The notes under the pieces: generated by a model
What the model saw: only the letters and a program-made list of their open reading frames with translations
Told to the model about the DNA's origin: nothing
The model's database searches: none
Shown: one piece after another, positions 17,314 through 27,996 of the stretch
Layout: each line of letters opens with the position of its first letter
Position numbering within the stretch: the stretch's first letter is position 1
IMG/VR virus record: IMGVR_UViG_3300022752_000043
DNA length: 64,000 nucleotides
Source of the DNA: a virus
Direction: 5' to 3' (one strand)
Made by a program: the position numbers and the translations under genes

Positions 17314-19800
17314 TTACTCCTCGTCGTTTTTAAGTACTTCGTGGATATAGTGAACACCGAGCGCTACAGCTGTGGCTATTATAGCCATCTTCCTTGTTTC
17401 ACCAGATAATGTTACAAACATCACGAAGCTACCAGCTAAAGTAAAGGCAAGACCAGCTGTTATTTCCCAAACTTTTTTGCCTAAACCAAACCAATTCATT
17501 TTTTTCATTTCTATTCCCCCTTGTGTATAGTAACTGAATATACTATTTCTTGTTAAATATATATCTTCTTCGTCATCTTCTGGTCCCTCTATCCCACCAG
17601 CTTCTTCGGCTTCCTCTTCCAGTTCCTCTTCCCTTCTTACCGCGTCGTTTGTGCCAGATGAAGGAGAGCCCCTACTACTGCCACCAGAAGATCCTCCAGA
17701 AGGCCCTGTAGGGCCTCCAGAAGCCGCTCCAGCCGCTCCAGCTACAGCTATAGTAGAAAGCACGGTGGTAACGGCTATGACCGTTCTACGGGTCTCTACG
17801 TCGATATTAGAGCCTAATGGAACATACTCATCAAAGCCTTCTCCGTATATATTAATTTCTTCCTCAAAAGCTTCTTTAACTTCTACTGGAGCCTCTTGTA
17901 CGGCGTCTATGATTTGTTCTTTAACTTCTTCGGTCAACTCAGTTGTTTCTATTGCGGCAAAGACTTCTGCTGCCTGCTCACCAGAAACGGAAGCCAGTAC
18001 CGCAGCATTGGTAGCCAGCTCCTTGGCTACGTCTGCATCAACGGGGCCAGATTGAATGATTGCCTGAACCACTCCTGCAATCTTTTCTTTGTCTTCATCA
18101 GTGAGATCCTGTGATTCTTTATTTTTAGTTATGGAATCAATAATTAACGTAACTACCTCTGCTAATTCTTCTTGCGGAACTTGATCTATTAGATCGGTGA
18201 CCGCATCAATAATTTCTTCTGCATTTTCTGCGTCTTCTATCGCTACTATTACTTCTGATGTATCTTCTGTTTGTTCTTCTGATGTTTCTTCTGGGGTTTC
18301 TTCTTCTATTGATTCTTCTTGGGGTTCTCCTTGCTCATCAGGAAAAGTCGTCTGAGTTGTTTCAGGCTTCTGTTGTTCGTCCTCATCAGGCTGGTCCTCC
18401 TCAGGCTGGGCTTGATCGCCTTCGTCGTCAGGTTGAGGAAGAGTAGTTTGTGTCGAGTCTTCTTCTTCGGGAATGGTGGTAGTAGTTGATTCTTCTTCGT
18501 CTTTTTTGGGAGGCACTGAAGTCGTGGTTGTCTCTTCAGGCTGCTCTTCGTCGTCATCATCAGGAACAGTCGTCGAAGGAGAAGTTGTAGTCGTAGTTCC
18601 CGTCGGAATATAAACCGTTGTTGTCGTAGTTTCCTCTTCTTCTTCGGGGATTGTAGTCGTAGTGGTAGTCGTTGGTGGCACGGTCGTTGTAGTTGTAGTA
18701 GTTGGGGGTACTGTCGTCGTAGTCGTTGTTGTGGTTGGCACTGTTGTTGTTGTTGTAGTAGTAGTTGTAGTAGTTGTTGTAGGTGGCACTGTTGTTGTTG
18801 TCGTGGTGGTCGTCGTCGTCGTCGTGGGTGGCACCGTCGTCGTAGTTGTTGTAGTTACTGTGGTTGCAGCTAAAGACAAATTTGCTTCGATTGTATACGA
18901 AGTTCCATACCATGCATCTGGATTACCACAGCAGACGCCAGCTCTAAGGCGGTATGTTCCTGGCTGAAGTTGAATTGAAATATTTGAGTCAAGCCCATAC
19001 CAGTCATCATTTGCCGCAAGTAAAGTATTGCTTGAGTTGTACAACCAAAGCATTGAGTCAATACCAAATGATTGCGCATATGTTCTTATTGTTACTGTTC
19101 TAGATTCAGTTATTTCTAAATAAAAATCTCGTGTTGATTGTGTTGCGGTATACGTAACCTGAGATGGAGCAATAGTGGTGGTAGTGGTTGTCGTAGTGGT
19201 CGTGGTAGTGGTGGTAGTTGTTGTTGGAGTCGGAGCAGAAACATTTACATCAACATTTACATATTGACCATAAACACATGAGCCTTGTCCTTCCCCAACA
19301 CACGCAGCGTTGCCGGCACGAACCTTAAATCGAACAGGCCCATATCCAGTTGTGCCAGGAAATTGAAATGATCCAACAGTGTACGAGGTATTGGTTGCGT
19401 ATGTCCATACGCCCCAGCCACCTGATTCAACTCCGTTGTCAAAATCAACCCAACTAACATCATAAATATGTGGTTCAAGCCCACTTGACGCTGGAGCATC
19501 CCAGTCGAGTAGAACACTTCCATTTTCATTTGCGGTACCAGTTAGATTTTGTACTGGATTATAATAAGGGGCTAGCGTAGTTGTGGTAGTGGTCGTAGCT
19601 TCTACTGTTGTTGTTGGGGCAGTAGTCGCAGGTGAAGCTGTGGTTGTAGGAGAAGCCGTTGTGGTAGTTGTTGGCTCTATGGTTGTTGTAGTGCCCGACT
19701 CTTCTGTAGCAAGAGCTGCATCAAAATTAACTAATGGGGAAAAGCACAGCGCGATTGCCGGCAGTAGGGCAAACCATCCCTTACGCAATTTCAAAAACAT
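17314..19800 (-). CDS. Secreted poly-Thr-rich surface/adhesin-like protein with PPC-like domain
   Basis: Signal peptide LLPAIALCFSPLVNFDAALA, long TTTTTT/VPPTTTTT tracts, domain RDFYLEITESRTVTIRTYAQSFGIDSMLWLYNS...QLQPGTYRLRAG, acidic tail and TM segment. Confidence 0.7.
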   Translation of the reverse strand: MFLKLRKGWFALLPAIALCFSPLVNFDAALATEESGTTTTIEPTTTTTASPTTTASPATTAPTTTVEATTTTTTTLAPYYNPVQNLTGTANENGSVLLDWDAPASSGLEPHIYDVSWVDFDNGVESGGWGVWTYATNTSYTVGSFQFPGTTGYGPVRFKVRAGNAACVGEGQGSCVYGQYVNVDVNVSAPTPTTTTTTTTTTTTTTTTTIAPSQVTYTATQSTRDFYLEITESRTVTIRTYAQSFGIDSMLWLYNSSNTLLAANDDWYGLDSNISIQLQPGTYRLRAGVCCGNPDAWYGTSYTIEANLSLAATTVTTTTTTTVPPTTTTTTTTTTTTVPPTTTTTTTTTTTTTVPTTTTTTTTVPPTTTTTTTVPPTTTTTTTIPEEEEETTTTTVYIPTGTTTTTSPSTTVPDDDDEEQPEETTTTSVPPKKDEEESTTTTIPEEEDSTQTTLPQPDDEGDQAQPEEDQPDEDEQQKPETTQTTFPDEQGEPQEESIEEETPEETSEEQTEDTSEVIVAIEDAENAEEIIDAVTDLIDQVPQEELAEVVTLIIDSITKNKESQDLTDEDKEKIAGVVQAIIQSGPVDADVAKELATNAAVLASVSGEQAAEVFAAIETTELTEEVKEQIIDAVQEAPVEVKEAFEEEINIYGEGFDEYVPLGSNIDVETRRTVIAVTTVLSTIAVAGAAGAASGGPTGPSGGSSGGSSRGSPSSGTNDAVRREEELEEEAEEAGGIEGPEDDEEDIYLTRNSIFSYYTQGGIEMKKMNWFGLGKKVWEITAGLAFTLAGSFVMFVTLSGETRKMAIIATAVALGVHYIHEVLKNDEE
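18300..19240 (-). repeat. Low-complexity Thr/Pro/Glu coding repeats
   Basis: Repeated gtagtagtagttgttg tracts. Confidence 0.8.
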
Positions 19801-19855
19801 ACCTTAACATTCCCCCCGGTTGTTAATATGTCTTTATAGTAATGATTTTATATTG

Positions 19856-20719
19856 TTATTTTTTATTTTTTCTATACAAAAAATCCACCAGTGGGGACTC
19901 CCAGACTGATATGTTTTTATATCTTTTTTCTACTTTATCATCGTTGTATTCAAACGCTAAACTATTATGTCCTTTAGACATATCATGGGCTATTTTTTTC
20001 CATTGTTCTATTCCATGTTTCTCAACATTTTTGTACCAAAGAATATTGCCAGTTTGTGGATATCTAATATAGCTACGAATTAAGAATTTAGATCCGGTGT
20101 TTACTTTATAAACTCCGTGAAAATATGGAGTGTTACTTGGCGCATAAAGGGGAGAACCGGACGGAAACACTAACACATCTCCAGCTTTAGGTTTATACGT
20201 AATTATTTGGCCATTGACAAAAAAAGAAATTTCACCACCGTCGTAATTATCATTCATATACGTTGTGGCAGTAACTAAAAAATTCTCAGTTTCCCAAAAC
20301 CATTCACCAATTGCAAAGTCTGTATGATAATTCATTGTCAAGTCTTGATCTTTAATATGACCAATATTAACGTCTGAAACATATTTTGCGTAGTTTGGCT
20401 TAGCTATATAAGACCTAGCCGGTAGCTTTATTTTGTTAACCCCCGCATAATGAGTAAGGGCTTGAAAAACAGAACCATTTACTCTTAATGATAAAAAAAG
20501 TTCCGAATTGAATAAACCATCTATCCTCATATTATTTTTAATAGCATCATAATCTATAGGATGATTAACTAAATCTAGATGCTTTTGGTCAGCGTAATCG
20601 CCAAATATAAACCATGGTTTCCATTTATCTAAAAGAAATTCTCCGTTAGAAAAATTTGATGAGTGCTTTAAAATTCCGGTAGAGCTTTTCGTGATCTGGA
20701 AATAAATTGCTATAAACAA
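19856..20719 (-). CDS. 2OG-Fe(II) oxygenase
   Basis: YHTDFAIGEWFWETENFLVTATTYMNDNYDGGEISFFV...DVLVFPSGSP..YFHGVYKV. Confidence 0.75.
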   Translation of the reverse strand: MFIAIYFQITKSSTGILKHSSNFSNGEFLLDKWKPWFIFGDYADQKHLDLVNHPIDYDAIKNNMRIDGLFNSELFLSLRVNGSVFQALTHYAGVNKIKLPARSYIAKPNYAKYVSDVNIGHIKDQDLTMNYHTDFAIGEWFWETENFLVTATTYMNDNYDGGEISFFVNGQIITYKPKAGDVLVFPSGSPLYAPSNTPYFHGVYKVNTGSKFLIRSYIRYPQTGNILWYKNVEKHGIEQWKKIAHDMSKGHNSLAFEYNDDKVEKRYKNISVWESPLVDFLYRKNKK

Positions 20720-20792
20720 AAATGTGAGGATAAATTTCTTTATACCTTAAATCATGCAATGATAGATCTCCAAGTATCATTTTAAAATAATC

Positions 20793-21614
20793 CTAAAAAT
20801 ATGAAGTAGGTGTTTGAATTAAAAATGTTTCGAATTCATCGACCATGTTTTTTGTGATGTGTTCAACGTTTTGAATATTTTTTTTAACGAGCATTCTTTG
20901 TACCCATCGATCAGTTCCATCATATCTAGCCTGGAATGGCTTTCTTCCATGAACAACTTTATTATTATCTATTACCAATAGATCTCCAGAGCTAAGAACT
21001 ATTTCTTTAGTATTCTTAACAACCAAGTCTCTGAAAATATCTAATGCTAGTTGAGCAAAGTCGTTAGTACCCTTCATGAAGTGATAATCGTACGTGCATG
21101 AGATGCTGTCTATTTTATTTTCTAATTTTAGAATTGAAGTAATTATACTGGAGTATTCTTCGTCATCTTTTCTAAATGATTTATCTACCTCAGTCTTATA
21201 CCATGGCTGCATTAAGCAGTCTATTGTTGCATCGTCGAGTTCTGAAATAATATCGTCTATATCAGCAAGCGTTGTTACGGCATTAGGGTCGCCCCTTAGA
21301 CATAGTAGCAAGACATAGTCTGGCTTGTGCGGATGAAACGCTGTTTCAGTGTGTAGAGCAAGTTCCACTTTTGAAGAAGTGGATATTTGTTCTGACTCTG
21401 TTTTATGAACAGGTAGTATATTTTGTATTAAAACGCCATTTTGTTCTTGGATAAAACTTATTGGATGCCCATACTTTTGGGCAGCTGACAACAAAACTTT
21501 TTTTGGTTTTTCTACATCACAATTTTGTGAAAGTGGAATTAATGGAGTAGGGGGAATTTGTCCCAAATCATTTTGAGAAAAAATAAAATAGTTCATACGA
21601 TAAAATGATATCAT
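20793..21614 (-). CDS. TauD/VioC-like 2OG-Fe(II) oxygenase
   Basis: VELALHTETAFHPHKPDYVLLLCLRGD ... LLVIDNNKVVHGRKPFQARYDGTDRWVQRMLV. Confidence 0.75.
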   Translation of the reverse strand: MISFYRMNYFIFSQNDLGQIPPTPLIPLSQNCDVEKPKKVLLSAAQKYGHPISFIQEQNGVLIQNILPVHKTESEQISTSSKVELALHTETAFHPHKPDYVLLLCLRGDPNAVTTLADIDDIISELDDATIDCLMQPWYKTEVDKSFRKDDEEYSSIITSILKLENKIDSISCTYDYHFMKGTNDFAQLALDIFRDLVVKNTKEIVLSSGDLLVIDNNKVVHGRKPFQARYDGTDRWVQRMLVKKNIQNVEHITKNMVDEFETFLIQTPTSYF

Positions 21615-21622
21615 AAACTAAA

Positions 21623-21654
21623 GGGGAGTAGCAAAACATTTTTTACTACTCCCC
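21623..21654. terminator. Hairpin GGGGAGTAG...CTACTCCCC
   Basis: Perfect 9-bp inverted repeat. Confidence 0.6.
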
Positions 21655-21739
21655 CCTAGCTGTAGCTCAAGGGAATTACTGGCCTCCGTGGCATCTATTA
21701 TACCACGAAAGTCGGTAACCATCTGACTTCGTAATGACT

Positions 21740-21749
21740 ATTATAGCAG
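21740..21749 (-). promoter_or_regulatory. Candidate promoter core CTGCTATAAT
   Basis: Shared with 44269 and 51417, all in minus orientation in intergenic DNA. Confidence 0.45.
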
Positions 21750-21753
21750 ATGA

Positions 21754-22434
21754 TTAGTCTTCTCTGGTATGAGCAGAGATATAAACCCAATTAAAATTTC
21801 TAAAAGTCTGCGGGAGAACGTCTGGTTTAAAATTAGTCTTCCACAAACAATAGGGAAAACTAACCTGGTCTTGGTATGACCATGTTAAATTTTGGCTGTG
21901 CCAAAGCTCACCAAGTTCTTTTACTTTTGGATTAGATAAATCCCTAGCGGATACTCCACATTCAAAAAGACCGTACTGCTCGGGAAACCCTTCACGCTTA
22001 TAAAATTCAACCTGTTCATCTAGTGGTTCTTTTGCATATTTCGCGGGTCTTATTGTTGCTTCCCCGTATGCACAGTGCCTATTGTCAAAATGGGGCGAGG
22101 CAACGAAGCCGTTATCCATGAAAGAAAAAATTTCATCAACAAATTCAGCTCTAGCTATGGCCATATCTCCGTCAATCCATACCATATACTTATATTCATT
22201 CAGTATTGAGATTGAATGCGGATTAAGTTTTGGTCTTTTTGACCTTCTCCTATTATCCAGGTGCTCATCGCCCAACATCTGGACATTCCATGGTGGATTA
22301 ATATCAAATTTTGAATTACCATCTGTAAAATAAATAAAATCAACACCATTAATATTTGGTTGATCAAGTTGATAATCGTACCCACCAGTTACCGCAGTAA
22401 CTATCGCAGTTTTTCCAAACCAATCATTAACCAT
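21754..22434 (-). CDS. Glycosyltransferase (DUF616/TOD1-like)
   Basis: AIVTAVTGGYD...PHSISILNEYKYMVWIDGDMAI. Confidence 0.55.
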   Translation of the reverse strand: MVNDWFGKTAIVTAVTGGYDYQLDQPNINGVDFIYFTDGNSKFDINPPWNVQMLGDEHLDNRRRSKRPKLNPHSISILNEYKYMVWIDGDMAIARAEFVDEIFSFMDNGFVASPHFDNRHCAYGEATIRPAKYAKEPLDEQVEFYKREGFPEQYGLFECGVSARDLSNPKVKELGELWHSQNLTWSYQDQVSFPYCLWKTNFKPDVLPQTFRNFNWVYISAHTRED

Positions 22435-22443
22435 AAAATTTGA

Positions 22444-23112
22444 CTATCTGTAGTTAATCCTATTCGGATACGGCATTGTTTTTAATATCCTATGAGTATG
22501 CTCTACGCAGAGTGGATGGAATATTTCGCATAATATGCCAGCCCATCTTATTGGATAATTGGTGTAAAAAACATCTGCAGCTTCTCTAGAATTTTTTGCT
22601 GGATGTAAAATAAGTTGATTTAAATACAAGTCCATTCTTCTCATCATCTCATTATACCAGTATGAGGTAAACACGGTATAAGGTTTGAAGAGAAAAAGAT
22701 CTGCCGATATCATTTTATCCCAGTGATTTCCATATTCATTTCGAATTATTTCTGGAGTACTGAGCGGACCTTCATCTTCCGGTGCTCCACAACCAAAATA
22801 GTAACTAGATTCTACTGCGTTAAAGTATTGATTCCAATCCCAATCGCATGGTTTGATATCGGAATAACCACCACCCCTATGGTGCATTAGATAACATCTT
22901 AAATAATCTGCCTTATGCACATCGGATAAATATTGGAATCCCTCATGAAGTGGATATTGATCTAATATAAATGAATTTAGATTTTCATTTGTAATTAAAA
23001 CAACTTCTACTCCAGAATTTTTACTTAAAGAACTCAAACCATTAATTCTATTTTGGTTCATTACTGTGTTGTTGTCACCAACCCAAACGCAATAAATCGT
23101 TCTACTCAACAT
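22444..23112 (-). CDS. Glycosyltransferase (capsular polysaccharide synthesis/GT32-like)
   Basis: KADYLRCYLMHHRGGGYSDIKPCDW. Confidence 0.65.
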   Translation of the reverse strand: MLSRTIYCVWVGDNNTVMNQNRINGLSSLSKNSGVEVVLITNENLNSFILDQYPLHEGFQYLSDVHKADYLRCYLMHHRGGGYSDIKPCDWDWNQYFNAVESSYYFGCGAPEDEGPLSTPEIIRNEYGNHWDKMISADLFLFKPYTVFTSYWYNEMMRRMDLYLNQLILHPAKNSREAADVFYTNYPIRWAGILCEIFHPLCVEHTHRILKTMPYPNRINYR

Positions 23113-23351
23113 AACTAGACCAATATTTTGATCAACAAAAAATATAGTTTATACAAATCCATTGGAGACATACTAAAAACATACTGTTTTTTATCAGCCG
23201 TAGTTATAGTTATGCAGTGAACATTAGTGAGTTCACCTGAAGAAGTTATGGAAGATGTTGGTTTGGATATAGATATATCAACAATGGTTGGCATAAAGCC
23301 ATCAAATATGCCAGAATTCTCCATGGATTAAATTATACCATAAGATAAGGA

Positions 23352-23846
23352 TTAGGCGACTGGTAATACCGTAACAATCGCTGATGGTATAGCGGGGCCG
23401 CCCATGGTTCCGGTGTTGTACTGCATGACTATATGGTGATTATTTGTCGCCCAGTATATTTGAGCATTGCCGCCAGCTGCGGTTGTAATAATAAAATCCC
23501 AAGCTGCTACAACATAAGGACTGTTTGTGTTTACTGCAACTCTTGTATTACTGTAAGGAACGGCTTGGCCATTTTGAACAAGCCATATTTCAACGGTCTG
23601 TCCACCACCGCCACCACCATTATTGTGGAATTGAAACGAAAACTGAATGTCATATGTTCCAGGATATTGAAAAGTTATTTTAGAATTATCTACAATACTG
23701 ATACCAGTTGATTCAGCCGTATTTCTAAGAAGAACCGGAATACCGATACTCTGCTGATTTTCAGCAACCTCTTGGGTTAAAATATCATAGAATGAACCAT
23801 ACTTACCCTGAGATGCTGGGTGTCTGGGATTCCAGTAGTAGAGCAT
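23352..23846 (-). CDS. C1q/TNF-like jelly-roll virion protein
   Basis: ITFQYPGTYDIQFSFQFHNNGGGGGGQTVEIWLVQNGQAVPYSNTRV. Confidence 0.5.
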   Translation of the reverse strand: MLYYWNPRHPASQGKYGSFYDILTQEVAENQQSIGIPVLLRNTAESTGISIVDNSKITFQYPGTYDIQFSFQFHNNGGGGGGQTVEIWLVQNGQAVPYSNTRVAVNTNSPYVVAAWDFIITTAAGGNAQIYWATNNHHIVMQYNTGTMGGPAIPSAIVTVLPVA

Positions 23847-24130
23847 TAGCTGAAGGTAAATCGCATTACGGCGACTTTAGAATTTGACACCGTACTTAGC
23901 GCGTAAAGTTCTGTATCTTTTCTTAAATTTTCTACGGAAAAAAATGCTCCCGGTTCCAATAAAACCCCATAGGATGTAGAAGACACCGAACTATTGCCAA
24001 GATATACATTAGCTAAATCATCTACATTTTGAACACTAAACATCATATTTGATGGAGTAGTATCACCATCTACAGTTATTATTGTAGTGGATGTATTACT
24101 TAGTGTAATTAATTTATGCTCTAGTGGCAT
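23846..24130 (-). CDS. Small structural protein (hypothetical)
   Basis: ORF track; gene order. Confidence 0.4.
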   Translation of the reverse strand: MPLEHKLITLSNTSTTIITVDGDTTPSNMMFSVQNVDDLANVYLGNSSVSSTSYGVLLEPGAFFSVENLRKDTELYALSTVSNSKVAVMRFTFS

Positions 24131-24411
24131 TACTTTTTCTTTCTTTTGGTAAAAGTAGATACATTTTTTGGGGCCTGACCCTTTACTCCCTTTTGTGGTG
24201 TACCGGATCTCCTTTTTCTTTGCACTGCACTTTTTCTTTGCGCAGCGCTCATTGATCTAGCTTTTGATACTGGTACACACTTTGCGTATCCAGATCCATT
24301 AGCGCCAGATGTTCCGCATGGTTGAAACTTGCCCTTCTTTTTGGGCGCACCTATATTTACCCAGCGTTGATTAAACCATTTAGTTAAACCAACACCTTTT
24401 GGGCCAGCCAT
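24130..24411 (-). CDS. Small Lys-rich phage protein
   Basis: KKKGKFQPCGTSGANGSGYAKCVPVSKARSMSAAQRKSAVQRKR. Confidence 0.5.
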   Translation of the reverse strand: MAGPKGVGLTKWFNQRWVNIGAPKKKGKFQPCGTSGANGSGYAKCVPVSKARSMSAAQRKSAVQRKRRSGTPQKGVKGQAPKNVSTFTKRKKK

Positions 24412-24593
24412 TACTTTTTCTTTCTTTTGGCTTTCTTAGTGGAAACTGTTTTCCAACCACCACCCATAGCCTTATATTTCTTTACTGCCCATGCATTAGC
24501 GTAGGCTGATGGATATACATCGAACTTAGCTTTGGCCTGTGACTTAGCTGATGACCATAGGGCTGGCTTGGTTGGTTTATTAATTTTAGCCAT
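24411..24593 (-). CDS. Small Lys-rich phage protein
   Basis: MAKINKPTKPALWSSAKSQAKAKFDVYPSAYANAWAVKKYKAMGGGWKTV. Confidence 0.5.
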   Translation of the reverse strand: MAKINKPTKPALWSSAKSQAKAKFDVYPSAYANAWAVKKYKAMGGGWKTVSTKKAKRKKK

Positions 24594-24786
24594 ACTTATT
24601 TCACCAATAAATAAATCGTAACTATATGAAGAGAAAAATAAACTGCGTTCAAAAACCAAGCTGCGGCTCTGTGTTTGTTTATGTGGATATGATGATCATG
24701 GGGATTGTGTCCGCATTCGTGGTGTGCAGTGTGTCTGCATGGTTCTCCATTGTGGGAATGATGACTGGGATTGTTGCAGTCCATAT

Positions 24787-24996
24787 CTACTTTTTTTTCC
24801 TCTTCTTGCCAATTTTTTTTAAAGTTTTAGCCAAGTTGGCTTGGCGCACTGTCGTTGCGCTGTATCTTCCTGGATTCTTTGTGACAGCAGCAGCCATACC
24901 AGACACGGATTTGCCAGCTTTTTTAGCTTTCTTAGTGAAAGCACCGGGTCTTTTTATTGCTCCTTGAATCCACTTCTTGTCTTTTTTTGCTGCCAT
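24787..24996 (-). CDS. Small Lys-rich phage protein
   Basis: ORF track. Confidence 0.5.
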   Translation of the reverse strand: MAAKKDKKWIQGAIKRPGAFTKKAKKAGKSVSGMAAAVTKNPGRYSATTVRQANLAKTLKKIGKKRKKK

Positions 24997-25028
24997 GTTT
25001 CTTATCCTTTGCTTTTAAAATATTTATA

Positions 25029-25851
25029 TTATTTGATCCACGCGTACTGCATAGATGATTTTTCACTATCAAAACCACCTAATACTGCATGAAACATTCT
25101 TGACATATCTACAAATAAAATATCATTTTCCTGCCATCTATGTATCAAGCAATCGTTTTTTGCGTTAAATATTTTTGTAAGAATTGACCTTAAAATTTTA
25201 TCGCATAAATGAGATTCTTCTGGACACTCGTCTATATAAAATTGACGAGTTGGATTTATGTATACCATGTTTTTATTAGAAAGAACGTGATTTTGTATTG
25301 GGCAGAATGAATCCGAAACAACCTCATTATTTGATGAATCCTTTATCAAATAATGATATCTGACGTTGTTGAGTATTTCAACTTCGCTATCCAGCAGAGA
25401 ATCAAAAATCTTCGTTGAATCAAGCAAGAGTGTACTTGCTGACTCGGTATCACAGTCAAAATTTATCATATTAAAGATGGCACCTTTGACTGGATTTTGC
25501 AGCGCAAACTCATCTATATGAAAAGGAATAAAATATTCATTCTTGTCTGGAAACGTTTTTTCCGTTCTATTTCCATTCTGATCAAGTGAATAAAATTCTT
25601 TTAATTGAAAATCCAAACAATGATGATAAGCTTGACCGAAAAGTTGGAGCATGTGTGCTAGAAAAAAAATCTAGATAAGTATTTTTAAAACTATTTGCTA
25701 TTGTCATTTGTGTATCCAAATTGCAAGCAAAACCCCTTAGTAACACAGCTCCATTTGAATTAAACTCACTTACAAAATCATCAGTAAAATGAAGTGTATC
25801 AGATGAAGTAAAAATTTCATCAAATGAATGAGGATTTATTAAAGTAGACAT
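25029..25851 (-). CDS. Probable 2OG/TauD-like oxygenase, requires CGGT at 25638-25635
   Basis: ORFs 25582..25851 and 25029..25652 fuse: NGAVLLRGFACNLDT...FFSSTHAPTF[G]QAYHHCLDFQLKEFY...FIPFHIDEFALQNPVKGAIFNM. Confidence 0.8.
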
Positions 25852-26143
25852 TTTATCTCCTATTTTTTTTTTTTATTTTTTACTTTTTCGCCAGTTTTAA
25901 ACTTTTTGTCATCTAAATCAAAACCGCCGAATTCTTTATTTGCGTGATCTTCTAAATGATTGTCTAATTTAACTTCTATATGAAGAACATCTTCGTCAAT
26001 ATTATAAAGCACTTGTTCAATCTGATCCAACTTATCAGCAACTACACCATGGTCTCTGGCGTTTTCTTTTCTGCCCTTTTCAACTAGAACTACCAACACA
26101 GAACCCACAACACCTATGAGAGCAACGATGACTGCTTCCATGA

Positions 26144-27004
26144 TTACATCCCTATTCCAAGATCATCAAGAACTCTTTTGCCAGCTTTTGGACCATCTCC
26201 AAAACCTTTTGCCTTCTTGTAAGCAATTACTGCTTGCTGTGTCTTTGCTCCGAACTGACCATCAAAAGCACCCTTATAGAATCCACGTTCAGCTAGTTCC
26301 TCTTGAAGTTTAGCGACTCTTGGACCGCTATCGCCTGGATCTAAATCACCACCGTCGTCTTTTGCGGCGGGGGCTTCGTTTGTTGAAGCAGCTGGGGCGG
26401 GAACGTTTGCTGGCTTAGCTATGTTATTCTTTGCCATGTACTCAGCTACTGCTGCTGGAGGATTGTCGCCTTCGGTATAGCGCAGGTGCCATGGCTCTTC
26501 TGGAACAACTTCCCACGAAAAACCAAATTTGCGCACGTTGGCGATCAACCACTTCAGGCGCTTTGGTTCTGCGGCAGTGTGGACGTCAACGGCCAAGCCC
26601 GTATTATGCTGAGACGTACCGGGCGCAGCGAGACTGGCCAGCTTTGGATCTTTTTTATACCACTTTTTGCCTTCAAACGTACGAGTAGAATTTCCATTCG
26701 GAGTTGTGGTGTAGCGCTGTTTAAAAACAGCTAGCTGAGATTCATATGTGCGATATGTATCGCCAGCTGAAACAGGCTTTAATTCAACGCCCTCTGCTTT
26801 TGCTGCCTCAACCATCGCTGCCCAAGCAGCTGCTGTCAACCAATGAAGCTTTCCGCCACCAACTGCTGGACGAAGTAATGCTTCAGGAAGTTTGCCAGGC
26901 TGCACACCCTTTAGGTCTGCGGGCTGCTTAACGGGAACTACAATGTCCCATTCAACTTTCTTACTCATAATATTGGTTCTCCTACTTCTTTTTCTTTTTT
27001 CTTT
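26144..27004 (-). CDS. VanY-like D-alanyl-D-alanine carboxypeptidase plus peptidoglycan-binding domain (candidate endolysin)
   Basis: APGTSQHNTGLAVDVHT...PEEPWHLRYTEGD and GPRVAKLQEELAERGFYKGAFDGQFGAKTQQAVIAYKK. Confidence 0.8.
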   Translation of the reverse strand, partial: KEKRKRSRRTNIMSKKVEWDIVVPVKQPADLKGVQPGKLPEALLRPAVGGGKLHWLTAAAWAAMVEAAKAEGVELKPVSAGDTYRTYESQLAVFKQRYTTTPNGNSTRTFEGKKWYKKDPKLASLAAPGTSQHNTGLAVDVHTAAEPKRLKWLIANVRKFGFSWEVVPEEPWHLRYTEGDNPPAAVAEYMAKNNIAKPANVPAPAASTNEAPAAKDDGGDLDPGDSGPRVAKLQEELAERGFYKGAFDGQFGAKTQQAVIAYKKAKGFGDGPKAGKRVLDDLGIGM

Positions 27005-27536
27005 TTGTCTTTTCAGCACTGGAAATCGCAATTGCTATAGCCTGCTTTCTAGATTTTACTACTGGCCCACCCTTTCCAGAATGAAGAGTTCCCTTACCAT
27101 ATTCATCCATAACCTTGCTTATTTTTTTTTGGTAAGCGGTTTTCTTTTTAGCCATGATAAAAGATATTATTTCTTCTTCTTTTTCTTTGCAATAGCTGCT
27201 TTAATAAAAGGAGGAAGTTTCTGTTGAGCCGGTGTCAAGCCTGACATCTTACCGTTCTTTTTTGCTGCGGCTTTTTTAGCTGGAGTTTTCTTTTTCATAG
27301 CCATGATTAGTAGCCCATCTTCTTCTTACTTGAGCTCTTCATCTTCTTGCCGCCCATTTTCTTAGCTGGCTTCATCTTTTTGCCCATCATTTTTTTGTCA
27401 TCTTTCATTTTTTTCATCATGGTTATTTCTCCTTATTTTTTTCTTAGTTGTTTTTTTTGTTTTTGTTTCAACTTTTTCTGATTCCGCCTTAGGTTCAGGA
27501 GTTGAAGTTTTGACATATTTAGACATAAATAAAACC

Positions 27537-27794
27537 TTACCACTTTACTCTATCGGCCCAATAGGCTGCAGACATTACACCCTTTTTTATGTTTTTGGCG
27601 TGACGTGCCTTAAAAGATTCACGACGCTTACGATAGGCTGTTGATTCGCCCTTTTTCTTGGGCGAACCGGACACGCCCTGCTGCCCAAATCTAATCAGCT
27701 TAACCTGTGATCCACTCTTTGCTAAAACGGCGTGGCTTTTTTTGGGATGGTTTGGAGTACGCTTGGGTTTATTGTATCCGAGCGAATGTTTCAC
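27537..27794 (-). CDS. Small basic phage protein
   Basis: KLIRFGQQGVSGSPKKKGESTAYRKRRESFKARHAKNIKKGVMSAAYWADRVKW. Confidence 0.6.
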   Translation of the reverse strand: MKHSLGYNKPKRTPNHPKKSHAVLAKSGSQVKLIRFGQQGVSGSPKKKGESTAYRKRRESFKARHAKNIKKGVMSAAYWADRVKW

Positions 27795-27996
27795 TACCTC
27801 TTTTTATTGCCATTTACTTTTCTGCCTTTTTTTCTTTTAGATCCAGTCTTTTTAATTGCAAGGTCAATACCTTTATTTGAATTGTTAGTCCCCATTCGCG
27901 GACCACTGATATAGATATTTCCTTTAAATACCATAACCTATCTAGCAGGCCTTGGATTTTTATCCTTAGAAGACTTTCTTGCTTTAGCAAGGGACA

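Noticed and set aside
18258-19079. Plus/minus strand ORFs such as MVVVGGTVVVVVVV and poly-YNNN reading frames
   Set aside because: Artefacts of the low-complexity threonine repeat of the 17314..19800 gene.
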